From positions 1-43,696 of the forward strand of contig JAUCBJ010001063.1 in assembly GCA_032718475.1 (NCBI GenBank): a stretch of DNA of 43,696 nt, in the 5' to 3' direction. The position numbers and the translations under genes were made by a program. The notes below the pieces were generated by a model. It ran no database searches, was not told the DNA's origin, and saw only the letters and a program-made list of their open reading frames with translations. Of this stretch, positions 25,371-36,276 are shown piece after piece; positions within the stretch are counted from its first letter, which is position 1; the number at the start of each line of letters is the position of its first letter. This DNA is from Nemertoderma westbladi (Eukaryota; Animalia; Xenacoelomorpha).

Positions 25371-25850
25371 CAATCAAGGTAGTGCAACATCGTGGCGCTA
25401 TCATCTGGTTTAGTATATAGTTAGCGACATATTGGATAACGACAATAATCTTACAAATATCTGATGAAATTGCACGAAATTTGGTACAGGTACAATTTTG
25501 GTCCAACGAATCAAAAGATCACACAAAAATTAAGATTCATAATTTTTCAACATATTCATAAGAATCGCTTACCACCCGGATCTTTACTTAATTTTTGAAC
25601 AATTATTTCTGAGGCTCTGAAACTTTGAGAAAGTTATAATAATGAGAGAATCTAGACATGTTTTACTACTGTTAGTTAAGCCATTATTGGTGATTGTGTG
25701 CGTTCGTTCCGCTCCTTCAAAATCAAAAGTGGTGTACAATTTTACCAAAATGTGTATACCGAAATGATTGTGAAGGATTTGTAGACCATTTGTTTATGTT
25801 AAGGCCAGTCGAGTATCTGATTTTCACATTAGCAGTAATTGTCTCTCGCT

Positions 25851-25939
25851 CAGAACCACATGGGAGACTGTCCACTCTGACAGAACCACATGGGTGACTG
25901 TCCACTCTGACAGAACCACATGGGAGACTGTCCACTCTG
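25851..25939. repeat. 30-bp tandem repeat x3
   Basis: CAGAACCACATGGG(A/T)GACTGTCCACTCTGA. Confidence 0.95.
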
Positions 25940-26271
25940 CCCAGCACAAATATATTGGTATTTGTTTGCCTTGCTAGTATTAGATTTATTCAGTAGTTGG
26001 AGTGGCTAAGAATATTTTTATTAAAGAATATCTATCTAAAAATTTAATTGAAGGAAAAATATTTTTATTCTCTTTTGTGCGTTTTTTAAAAAACAAACCA
26101 TATCATCTAGGCTGATCGATTGGGTATTCAATTCATGATGAGACCCATCAATTACAAAAAAAGAGTTGAAATAGTCAATATCGCGGTTCACCACATTAAT
26201 AAATAACTTGCGTCGAGTTAATCTTATGTTTTATTATCTCATATTTACGATTTTATTGGCACCAACTTTAT

Positions 26272-29184
26272 TTATTCACCGACTTCCTCCTCAATAAGTT
26301 GTTTAAGTTTCTTCCTCGGCACGGCTGACATATATCTCTCGGCAGTTTTACTCCGTAGAGTCTCCAAGCTGTCGTCCACGCTATCGGCCCATTCGAGAAC
26401 CAATCGGCGGCCGTACAGATGGGTACTGAAGCACAACGCCTTGAACGATTTAGTCGCGTCCTCCTTCGATATAAAATCGACGAAGGCGAACCCTCTGTGC
26501 CGTTTACTCCCGCTAGTGGCGTCTAGTTTCTTAGGCAACCGTACAGATCGCAGTAAACCAAATGTCTGGAACAACTCCCGTATGTCCTTCTCCGTTCCCT
26601 CGAAGGGAACGTTCCTAACCAGAATCTTGCTGCAGTCCTTCTGTTCCCGACTCTTCTGGAGGCGCCGACTAGAATTCGGTCTCAACAGACTCGGTCTGGA
26701 GGAGACCTTCAGTTCGAGTGCGTGGCCCTCTAGCGGGGAACCCTGCAGCGTGGACAGCGCGCTCTTAGCGCCCTCCGGCGTCTCGTACTCAAGGAATCCG
26801 TAACCCATCGGGAGGAACGAACCGGAGGCGAGGTGTTTCTTCTTGGCGACGGAGACAGATCGCAGCGCCCCCGCGCGGAGGAAGTGTTCACGGAGTTGTT
26901 CCTCCGTGGTGGAGAAGTTGAGGTTCTTTACGTAGAGGACTCGGCCTTCGGTGGAGCCGGTGTCTGTGTGGTGGGTGGATACTGTTGGTGCAGAGCCGGG
27001 GATGGGTGCAGAGCTAAGGGTGGGTGCAGACTCAGGGAACACAGCGGGTGCAGACACAGACATATGTGTAGTGGATCTACTATCCTCCCTGGAGTTCTCA
27101 GGGGCGGGTTTTCCCTCAACGGTCTCAGATTTGGATGGAGTTCTGGTTAATTCCTCATCTCCAGAAACAACTATATCTTCTTCTTTAACCGCAGATTCTT
27201 TTGGTTTCATAACAACTTTAACTTTATTTTTAACTTTTACTTTAACGTCTTTTTCAGCCTTTTTACTAACTTTATTACCGCCTTCAGCCTTAGCTTCCTC
27301 AAGCGCTCCCTCCCCGCTCCCCTCGCCTTCTCCCTTCAACCCGAACACTCCCAACGGCGCCCACTCCAGGTACACGGGCCTCCCCCCGCCCAGCTGCGCG
27401 TACACCAGCCGATCGTACGCGCGCCGCGCCAACTGATCGCTCCCGAACTCCACCAACCCAGTGACGCCCCCCGGGGGAACCAACACGCGTTCCGCGCCCC
27501 GTTCCACCCCGCGCTCGCGCAGCAATCCCCGGAGTTCCGCCTCCCCGCCGGGACCCCCGAGGTTTTTAACGACCACGACCCTCCGACTCCGGGGGGCGGC
27601 CGCGTTCCCGAACGAATCCAGAACGACCCCGCGGGACTCCAACCAGTCGCGAGTCTCCTTCACGAGTTGCGACTCTCCCAACGCCAGACGGACCCCGATG
27701 GAGCCGCTGCCGTCTAGAACCTCCGACTTAGAGACATCGTACCGAGTCGCCATCAACTCGGCGACCGCATCGGCGCCGAGGAACAACGAGTTCCAGTTGA
27801 AGCGATTCCCCGCGAGGAGTCGCAAAGCGGCGGCTTTCCGCTGTTTGTAGCTCGATGCCTCGGAGCTGAGCGCCGCCTCGGTCGGGGACACCCGACGGGG
27901 TTTCCCGGGCAGGAGATGCAGCATGCGGCCCTGGAACACGGAGCCGTCCAGAGCCTCGAAGGCCCGCTGCGCCGCGGCCGGGAACATAAAGGTGACGAAG
28001 GCGAACCCCATGGGGACCTTGGTGGAGAAGTTGATGGGGAGGTTAACCTCTACGAGTTGTCCGAAGGGGGAGAACAACTGGGAGATCTCGTCCTCCGTGC
28101 AGTTGTACGAGAGATTCCGGACGAAAATACGTCCGGAATCAACGATCAGCTCCATTACGTCATCCACCACAGCTTCCGCTGTATTTAAACCACTTTCCCC
28201 GGTTTTTTCCCCATGTTCCCTAACGTTTCCCCCACTTTCTCCCGCTCCTTTCCCCCCACGTTCTCCCATACAATGCCCCCCACTTTCCCCCGCTCTCAGT
28301 AACTCGATGTACCGCTTACCCATAAGGTTTTTATCCCTCCTCATTGCTTTCTCCCTCGTTCCGTTGTCTCCGAAACGAACTACGATTAGATTGGACTTCA
28401 TCTTGCCCCCCTTCCCAGTCCTGGGCACTTTCACACCAGCTATATCCAACGGCGCAAAGAATTTGACGATATCTTCCCTTTTCGTACCGTAAGGGGCGCC
28501 CCTGAGTTTAATCACGTTGGCGGGGTTCCAAACGTTTTTATTCGCAAGATGTTTTATTTCCTCAGAATTAGTTCCGATGTTCTTATTAATCTTACCAAGG
28601 AGATAATCTTTATCGCTAATTAATTTTTCACTAATTTTTTCACCGGAAGTCGGAGGTGATTCACCATCAACCTCCTCGTCTGATACGATTTTATTCGCAT
28701 TATTTATTTTCTGATCAATTAATTTTGTATCCGACGATTTATTGGGAGTTAATTCCTCGCTTTGTTTAGATTTTTTACTTTTCGTTTCGTCGCTGACGGA
28801 ATTTTTTCTTCTTTTTTCATCTTTTCGTATACCTTCCGGTTTCTTTACACTTTGCGTCGCTATCCTTTGGGCACACGGAATCTGCTTATCTGTATTTCCC
28901 TTGGCATATTTACTCCAAACTTTACGCATTTCATCCCCACCGAATGAGCTGCATATCTCAACTTGTATTTTCTTGGAACCGATATACGTTTTATTATAAT
29001 AGTCCAAGGCAGCGGCAGCCTCTGAATCCGTTTTATAGCCAATAAATGCGAAGTTCCTAAAACTTCCATCCTTTGTATATTTTAGAGAACAATCGGTAAT
29101 TTGCCCTTTGGTTGAGAACATTTCCGTGAGTTTTTCCTGTTTGATATCGTTGGGTAAATTTTTTACTATAAGTCGAGAAGCCAT
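26272..29184 (-). CDS. RBM19: RNA-binding protein 19 (Mrd1 orthologue, 18S rRNA processing), six RRMs, intronless, 970 aa
   Basis: SRLIVKNLP..FRNFAFIGY; VIKLRGAPY; SGRIFVRNLSY..FQGRMLHLLP; WNSLFLGADAVAE..VRLALGE linker; LYVKNLNF..MGYGFLEY; KILVRNVPF..HRGFAFVDF..STHLYGRRLVLEWA. Confidence 0.95.
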   Translation of the reverse strand: MASRLIVKNLPNDIKQEKLTEMFSTKGQITDCSLKYTKDGSFRNFAFIGYKTDSEAAAALDYYNKTYIGSKKIQVEICSSFGGDEMRKVWSKYAKGNTDKQIPCAQRIATQSVKKPEGIRKDEKRRKNSVSDETKSKKSKQSEELTPNKSSDTKLIDQKINNANKIVSDEEVDGESPPTSGEKISEKLISDKDYLLGKINKNIGTNSEEIKHLANKNVWNPANVIKLRGAPYGTKREDIVKFFAPLDIAGVKVPRTGKGGKMKSNLIVVRFGDNGTREKAMRRDKNLMGKRYIELLRAGESGGHCMGERGGKGAGESGGNVREHGEKTGESGLNTAEAVVDDVMELIVDSGRIFVRNLSYNCTEDEISQLFSPFGQLVEVNLPINFSTKVPMGFAFVTFMFPAAAQRAFEALDGSVFQGRMLHLLPGKPRRVSPTEAALSSEASSYKQRKAAALRLLAGNRFNWNSLFLGADAVAELMATRYDVSKSEVLDGSGSIGVRLALGESQLVKETRDWLESRGVVLDSFGNAAAPRSRRVVVVKNLGGPGGEAELRGLLRERGVERGAERVLVPPGGVTGLVEFGSDQLARRAYDRLVYAQLGGGRPVYLEWAPLGVFGLKGEGEGSGEGALEEAKAEGGNKVSKKAEKDVKVKVKNKVKVVMKPKESAVKEEDIVVSGDEELTRTPSKSETVEGKPAPENSREDSRSTTHMSVSAPAVFPESAPTLSSAPIPGSAPTVSTHHTDTGSTEGRVLYVKNLNFSTTEEQLREHFLRAGALRSVSVAKKKHLASGSFLPMGYGFLEYETPEGAKSALSTLQGSPLEGHALELKVSSRPSLLRPNSSRRLQKSREQKDCSKILVRNVPFEGTEKDIRELFQTFGLLRSVRLPKKLDATSGSKRHRGFAFVDFISKEDATKSFKALCFSTHLYGRRLVLEWADSVDDSLETLRSKTAERYMSAVPRKKLKQLIEEEVGE

Positions 29185-29331
29185 TATTCTGACCTGTTTT
29201 ATATCGCCAGTCTGCCAGTCTGAAATCTCGCCAGAACCATAACCAGAACTAGAAGACTAAACTACGGACTATCTACAATTCCAGAATTCTACATAGACTA
29301 GGCCTATCTCTACATACAGACATATACTATA

Positions 29332-30169
29332 GGGTAATATGGGGCAAAATGAACTAATTTAGTTATTTTGTGATATTTTCGGTTTTCAGTTTCCACTTTT
29401 GGATTTTATTGAAATTTTGCATGCATCTCATTGTGCTATCCAGCTATCTGAAAATGAAACTTTTTAACCACCATGTGTGCCCTTTCGGGCACACATGTTT
29501 TTTTATAGCACTTTTGTAGTTCACTTTACCCCACCTGACGCCCACCCCACCCCACCTGATTTATATAAACAAAACAAACACCAATCAGCCAATACTATAT
29601 TCAATAGTAGGACTAGCCCTGTAGCCTCCGACAGGCCAACCCTAATGCCTAGTGCCTAGCTTACCTGCCTACTGGAACCGGTAGGCCTATCCATTTAATA
29701 TTTTTTTATGAAATATAATGTAGTTCATTTTACCCCATATCTTGAAAAATTCACGGGGAAAAATGAACTACTTTTTACATTAAATTTTTCTATTGACCTA
29801 AAACTCCAAGCACAAAAATAATGTAACCAACTGGATGTCTCTTTATTAAACCTTTAGTTCATATATGAAACATTTGTTAACTCTTTTACTTACTTCTTCT
29901 ACTGTTCTATGAGCCGAATACAATTTTGGGTCAAGAACCTCAACAATGCCCAATTTAGAGGTTTTGTGAATTCTGACAACTTGTGGCCACACTGTTTTGT
30001 GTTGGTAGATAATATTGTGTCAAAATACTAGTGTTAGCCAGATAAATTAGCAATATTTTAATTATGCCTTTAATTTCATACACATTTGTTGTTCAACCGA
30101 TAATACAGTAATCACCGTCAAAGTTTTTAGTTCAATTTACCCCATAGTTCATTATACCCCGTCCTACCC
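29332..30169. mobile_element. Non-autonomous TIR DNA transposon (MITE) with TA target duplication (Tc1/mariner/pogo-type)
   Basis: TA|GGGTAATATGGGGCAAAATGAACTA ... TAGTTCATTATACCCCGTCCTACCC|TA. The TIR core motif is repeated internally at ~29721-29770 and ~30128-30146. Confidence 0.8.
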
Positions 30170-30277
30170 TAGACTATTAAAAAGTCTCATTTAGCACAAA
30201 AATCACCTCAATTCACAATATGCTGGTAGGCCTACTGTCTGACTGTTATATCCCATGCGTAGCCGGTAGGGGTAGGC

Positions 30278-30316
30278 CATGGAATACTAAATATACTGTA
30301 TATTTAGTATTCCATG
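30278..30316. mobile_element. 39-bp fully palindromic mini-MITE with 7-bp TSD (P-superfamily-like ends)
   Basis: GGTAGGC|CATGGAATACTAAATATAC-T-GTATATTTAGTATTCCATG|GGTAGGC. Confidence 0.75.
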
Positions 30317-31801
30317 GGTAGGCCCTTATGTCATTGCTTGCTTTGTACCTCCCTGACTGCTGACTCCTTTACAAAACAATTTACAGGACGTCACCAATGA
30401 CAACAACTCTTAAACTACAGTCAGCAGTAGTTATCCTTGGTCTTCACATTTCCCGCAGTACAGTTCAGCAATGCTAATGACTTTTCGGTACATTACGGTA
30501 ACTAACTAAACTACAGCAAATGAGTGAGACTATCTTTCAGTCTTTGTCATTGTCAGTTTGTTCTTCATCTGCAAACAAGAATTTAATCCAAACTCTATTC
30601 AAATTTCCCGCTTACGATAATCTTTATATTTTATTAACGTTTGTTAAGAACCAGAAGGTGATGCAAGGGACTATGCGGAGGCTGGCTTGTAGAGCATAGA
30701 GTGCGGGGGTGTCATACAGTATTTGTATTGTGTAATATTCTATTGGTCAAACATATACTTGTAGCTTCGTTGGATAACAAGTCACGTCACAGGCAACTTA
30801 AATATGCAGTACCAACTAGGAATAATAGGCAGCCACGGCCACCTGTAACCAGTTTGTTATTGCGGCATTATTGTTAGTTAATACGTAAATTAATTCTTAA
30901 TTATTTTACAAACAGACACCATCCCCACATTGCTGACATCTGCTCCCACTGCTGCATTACACACAAAAAGGTAACGCCAACTACTTATTGTACAGTAGAG
31001 AGAGATGGTGACCCAATGTTGGTAGGGGTGTAGAGGTGTGGCACCTTTATGACGTAGCGTCGTGTGTCGTGTCCGTGTGGCATACTATTAATTGATTACT
31101 GAGTTTTATTGCCTCCAGTGTCTGTTGATTGGCCGGCGAGATCTATTAATCTATTACTATTATTTCGGTGTAGCCAATCAAGCAAGATTCATTCCAGTTT
31201 GTGTGATTGCATCTATGCAATCAGGCCTATAGGCCTATATGGCAGTATGGGTGAATATTAATTTATGTGTACTGTTACGTTACTGTACGACGTACGCCTA
31301 CATAATACCCTACATACATGCAGACAATTATTGTTGCCAATCAATAGACCTATATCAGTATATCCTATTATCGATCGCCAAGTTTGTTAACCGTGATTGA
31401 CCTTATCATTAATTGTAATGTTGTGTTGCGGCTAAATAATCCAGAGCCCAGATAAATGTATATTAATGTGAATGTGAGTCAAGCCTAGTTGTGACTGTGA
31501 GTACAACAGTGCGGAGTACAGAGTAGGTCTACAGACAGACAGAAATACAGAAATAGGCTACAGCTGTACAGGTAGGCCTACTAACAGACAAAATACAGAA
31601 ATAAACTACCGCACTACCGGCTGACCGGTAACTTAAACTTTTTTGAATTTAAGTTTTGGCTATCACATCAAATACAGAAATAATTGATTTGATATAGCCG
31701 ATACCGGTAGCCCTCAGCGGTAACTAACCACATATATATATATATATATACCACATACCGTACCTCTGTACCTGCTGACCTGTATAGATAAATACTGAAG
31801 T

Positions 31802-32857
31802 ATGTCTAAACAAAATATTTGTATCGTGGGTTCAGGTAATTGGGGTTCCGCCATTGCGCGTGTAATCGGTCAAAACTGCACCCCCGATAACAAGTTGTTC
31901 AACAGCGTAGTGAAGATGTGGGTATTCGAAGAGGAGGTCAATGGCCGCAAGTTGACAGAGATAATAAACACGGATCACGTGAACGTGAAATACCTTCCGG
32001 ATATCAGTCTACCGAAGAACGTGTTAGCCGTCCCTGATCTGGTGGAGGCGGCGCAACAGGCCGACATATTGGTCTTCGTGTTGCCGCACCAGTTTATAGC
32101 GAGAACCTGCGCTGAACTCAAAGGTAAGATAAAGAAGACCGCAGTGGGAGTCAGTCTTATAAAAGGGTTCGAGTTTAAAGAAGGTGGGATTAGTCTAATC
32201 TCCCACGTGATCAACGAGATCCTAGGCATCGATGTTGCGGTTCTAATGGGGGCGAATTTAGCGCAGGAAGTCGCCTGCGAGAAATTCGCTGAAGCCACTC
32301 TAGGGATGAACGACATCGAGAGAGCGAGATCCATTCGTCCGGTATTCCAACGGCCCTACTTTAGGATCAGTTGCGTGAACGAGCCGATATCCGTCGAACT
32401 CTGCGGTGCTCTAAAGAATATCGTGGCGGTCGGCGCGGGTTTTATTGACGGGCTGGATTACGGGAATAACACGAAGGCGGCGATCATCCGACTCGGACTC
32501 ATGGAGATGATGGAGTTCTGCGGCGTGTTCTACCAGTGTTACGACAAGACGGTATTCTTTGAGTCGTGCGGGGTCGCCGATCTCGTGACCACGTGTTACG
32601 GGGGGCGACATCGACGACTGGCGGAGATGTTTGTGAGAACAGGGAAATCTTTCGAGGTTCTAGAGAAGGAAGTTCTCAACGGGCAGATCCTGCAGGGGCC
32701 GCAGACATCCAAAAAGGTCTACCAGATGCTGAAAGCTAAAGGGAAGCTGCAGCAGTTCCCGTTGTTTGTCGCTGTCTATAAGGTCTGTTACGAGGGGTTG
32801 GGAGCCCTGGGTCTGCTCAAGGAAGTCCAGGAACACGACCCCCATCCCCATCTCTAG
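31802..32857 (+). CDS. GPD1: Glycerol-3-phosphate dehydrogenase (NAD+), cytosolic, intronless, 351 aa
   Basis: ICIVGSGNWGSAIA, MWVFEE, VKYLP, VLPHQF, SLIKG, LMGANLA, ELCGALKNIVAVGAGF, NTKAA, ESCGVADLVTTCYGGR, LQGP, FPLF. Confidence 0.96.
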   Translation: MSKQNICIVGSGNWGSAIARVIGQNCTPDNKLFNSVVKMWVFEEEVNGRKLTEIINTDHVNVKYLPDISLPKNVLAVPDLVEAAQQADILVFVLPHQFIARTCAELKGKIKKTAVGVSLIKGFEFKEGGISLISHVINEILGIDVAVLMGANLAQEVACEKFAEATLGMNDIERARSIRPVFQRPYFRISCVNEPISVELCGALKNIVAVGAGFIDGLDYGNNTKAAIIRLGLMEMMEFCGVFYQCYDKTVFFESCGVADLVTTCYGGRHRRLAEMFVRTGKSFEVLEKEVLNGQILQGPQTSKKVYQMLKAKGKLQQFPLFVAVYKVCYEGLGALGLLKEVQEHDPHPHL

Positions 32858-33734
32858 CTCTACCTTATACAACGCTTAGGTGTTTTCTGTTCCTCCATGT
32901 TTTTGTATATAGTCGTTTCGAACTCATTGGAGACGCATTGTGTAAAAATTACAAATAATTATTAAATAGTTCTTTTTTTCTAGATTCGAAAGAGAATATC
33001 AACACTTATCATTTATCCCACCACTACTTCAGTGTCATTGCTGGGATGTTTGTATTTAAGCTGATTTGACTGCGTCCTGAAGATTTACTATAGGCCTAAT
33101 AATTAGTGCTATATAGACCTAGTAGACTAAACTAATGAATCTAAACGCGTTTGACTTGGTAGCTAAATATATTAGATATTGAATTCAGTTTGTTAGAGTT
33201 GTTTGCATTTATAATTTGAGTTTATTTGTCACCGCGGCTGTTGTAGGTATTCGTTGTTTGTAGAGTTTATACTGAGAAATATTTATTGTAGACAATGATT
33301 GTAATAATTTATTAATAAAAATCTTGCATTGTTTCATAAAAACTTATTTTTATTATTTCTCTATTATTCGCCACATCGTAATATCTCACCAAACTGCTCA
33401 TTAACCAACCAGGTTGTATTAAACCATTGTACTCTATAGCCTAATAAACAAGACTTCCCATCGCCTCAGAACGAAAGCCTATTGAACTGATTGTCTCCAG
33501 CTGTAACCTATCTGTCTCCAGCTGTAACCTATCTGTTATCACCTTTTTTTTTAAACAAACTTGGATATATTACAACTGAAGCGGGTAGGTATGTGAGCGT
33601 GCAAGCAAATAGGGGCTGGCAATAAATAATAATCCTATTCCAGAGAGGTTCTGCTCACTACTGCCTGGCTAACCTCACCGTATATTTGTCAGACGTAGTA
33701 TAAAATAAAATAATTGGCATCGCTTGGATGAGTA

Positions 33735-34163
33735 CCATATTTCTTAGAATAAGGGCCTGGGCGTTTAAGTTGATAAATAGTCAATTGGGAGGGGGGGGGG
33801 GGGGGGGGGTGTTATTCGAGGGGGGCGTTTATTCAGGGAAGGCGTTTAAGTTCCAAATTGTCTGGTTCGAATGGGGGCGTTTATGTTTATGTTCTAGATT
33901 TTCAGCATTTTGAATCTAAATACCTTAATTAAGGATTTTTGTTAAATTCAAGAAAACAAGTTAAACAAATGAAATAATTTAAATAAAACCAGGATTATCT
34001 TTATTATACAAACAACCTATTACCGCGGTGCAACACCCTACAGTATTTTTACCTTCAGTCTATATATTAATGATAATTGTGTGGTCGAGGCATCGCTCAC
34101 TAATAGTGGCTCGCCCCACATTGTAATATTATTAAACGCCGGGGTGTTTATTCGAGGAAAGCG
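33735..34163. mobile_element. Degenerate MITE (Tc1/mariner-like)
   Basis: TA|CCATATTTCTTAGAATAAGGGCCTGGGCGTTTA ... CGCCGGGGTGTTTATTCGAGGAAAGCG; repeated GGGCGTTTA motif. Confidence 0.5.
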
Positions 34164-34259
34164 TTTTATATTCTGCTGTCAGTTTTATTGAATCTGGTTG
34201 AAATATTTATTTATTTATAATAAGATTTTGTGGAAATATTATTTTTTTGATCTGGGAAA

Positions 34260-34360
34260 TAATGTATAACTTTATTTTCACTATGATTGAGATGTACATT
34301 TACCGAGCGAAGCGAGGATAAAACAGTTTCGAGGCATTTTGAAAATGTTACTTATCATGT
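34260..34360. repeat. Imperfect long hairpin with CCGAGCGAAGCGAGG apex; relic of a non-autonomous element
   Basis: ATAACTTTATTTTCA...ACCGAGCGAAGCGAGG...TGAAAATGTTACTTAT; similar apex at ~36460-36483. Confidence 0.4.
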
Positions 34361-34491
34361 ACTAAATTTTAATTGGACTGAGACACACTCATTCTCTGTA
34401 CTTATCAGTGTAGGCCTACAGTATGTGCGTAGACTAACACTGTTACACCGTAATTAGTCGCTCTAACTTCCCTAGTTTATCATACAGTCGG

Positions 34492-35355
34492 ATGGATATA
34501 TTTAATTTGTACTACATGCTATATGTAGAGGCGGCCCATCGCGCTGATGTATTGGTCTTCGTGTTGCCTCACCAGTTTGTAGCGCAAACCTGCGGCGAGT
34601 TAAAAGGTAAGATAAAGAAATCTGCCATCGGTATAAATCTCAGTAAAGGGTTCGAGTTCGAAGAAGGTGGAGGAATCCGTATCATTTCCCAAGTTATCAG
34701 CGAAGTTCTTGGAATTGAAGTTGGAGTTCTGATGGGCGCCAATTTGGCTAACGAGGTCGCTAGGGAAAGGTTTGTTGAGTCGACGCTGGCAATGGTAACC
34801 ATCGAGAAAGCGAGATCGATTCGTCCGGTATTCCAACGCCCATACTTTAGGATCAGTTGCGTTAACGAGCCGATATCCGTCGAACTTTGCGGGGCTCTAA
34901 AGAATATCGTGGCTGTCGGCGCGGGTTTTATTGACGGGCTGGATTACGGCCATAATTCCAAAGCTGCAATAATTCGTCGCGGTCTTATAGAAATGATTGA
35001 TTTCTGCGTGGACTCTTTCGGGTGCGAAAACAAGATGATATTCTTAGAGTCTTGCGGGGTTGGCGATCTCGTGACCACGTGTTACGGAGGCCGAAATCGA
35101 CGACTGGCGGAGATGTTCGTGAGAACAGGTAAGTCTTTCGAGGCTCTAGAGAAGGAAGTTCTCAACGGGCAGATCCTGCAGGGGCCGCAGACATCCAAAA
35201 AGGTCTACCAGATGTTGAAAGCTAAAGGGAAGCTGCAGCAGTTCCCGTTGTTTGTCGCTGTCTATAAGGTCTGTTACGAGGGGTTGCCGGCATCTGATTT
35301 GCTAAAACACCTCATTGAAGAAGATGAGCTACACTATCCCGAATATAATGCTTAA
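34492..35355 (+). pseudogene. GPD1: 5'-truncated tandem duplicate of GPD1 (open frame of 287 aa, but lacks the first ~80 aa including GSGNWG)
   Basis: Homology begins at VEAAHRADVLVFVLPHQF (~34525). The first ~11 residues are unrelated. No GSGNWG exon was seen between 32857 and 34525. Confidence 0.7.
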
Positions 35356-36276
35356 CATTTTCATTCAATTGTACAGAAAGACTCATTGCAATTAGTACTC
35401 TAGGTTTAATAGTTCGGAGGAAGTGGTCAATGCCAAATACAATATGTATGCACCGTATGCACCGTATGTTTGAATAAAATAAACAAATAATAAATTATTA
35501 CCTACATATATATGTACAGTACGTCATTGTTCATAAAATAGGACTCTACGTTACGGCACGGGTGATTTTAAAATAATAGAACGAGGGCCGTAAAAGCTTT
35601 AAAGTGCTATTTATGAACAATGGCGAATCTAATTTTATTTACATTTAAATAGGGAATTATTTGTAATTATGCATATTTAAATATTCTAGAACATCCTTGT
35701 AAAATGAAAACATGATGTTAATTGTAAACACTTTCTTCTCGAACGGAATTAGCATACGTACATACATACTGTAGGCCTACTGAGAAATAATGTCGCACTG
35801 CGAAATAAAGTTGGAAAATATGTCGCCCTGGCGATTTGGTAGTGCGAAATTAATTCCATACAAATACAGTAAATAAAATAATGTACTTACAGTATTTTAT
35901 TTTACAACAAAATTATTTATTATCATGTTCATCCTGCTAACTTTAGCTATTCTTTCTACTGTATATTATTAATTATATATTAATTAATTTCTGTCACACA
36001 CACACCCCGCCCCCCTTTGGAAAATCGCCATAGTATAATTATAACAGGTCGCTGATGACTCGCATTTCTGACTCACCCCACAACTGTTATTTAAGCAAAG
36101 CTAATTTAATAGAATGTGGATTTTTTAATTGACAATTGTTGAGTTCAGCGAAAAGTGTTGGTCAATAATTAAGTTGATTTGAATAATAAATAATTAATTG
36201 CATTACCTCTACTATATTTGCCAATCACTGGTGAGTGATGTATTAACTGTATTTACATCACTCAACGAGCTAAAAA

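Noticed and set aside
24484-25506. 340-aa minus-strand ORF (LITRY repeats), and the similar ORF at 23322..23516
   Set aside because: Read-through of a 15-bp satellite that lacks stops in one frame; non-ATG start and no domain content.
26441-29069. Multiple overlapping ORFs within RBM19 (and antisense ORFs in GPD1 and PKD2)
   Set aside because: Shadow frames of GC-rich coding sequence.
32030-34530. Alternative splicing of the GPD1 copy-1 N-terminus onto copy 2
   Set aside because: No GT donor at the matching position and phase in copy 1, and the candidate acceptor (ATATGTAG) lacks a pyrimidine tract.
19656-35355. PMT plus GPD1 as a phospholipid/osmolyte gene cluster
   Set aside because: They are separated by repeats and the unrelated RBM19, one member is a pseudogene, and there is no evidence beyond proximity.
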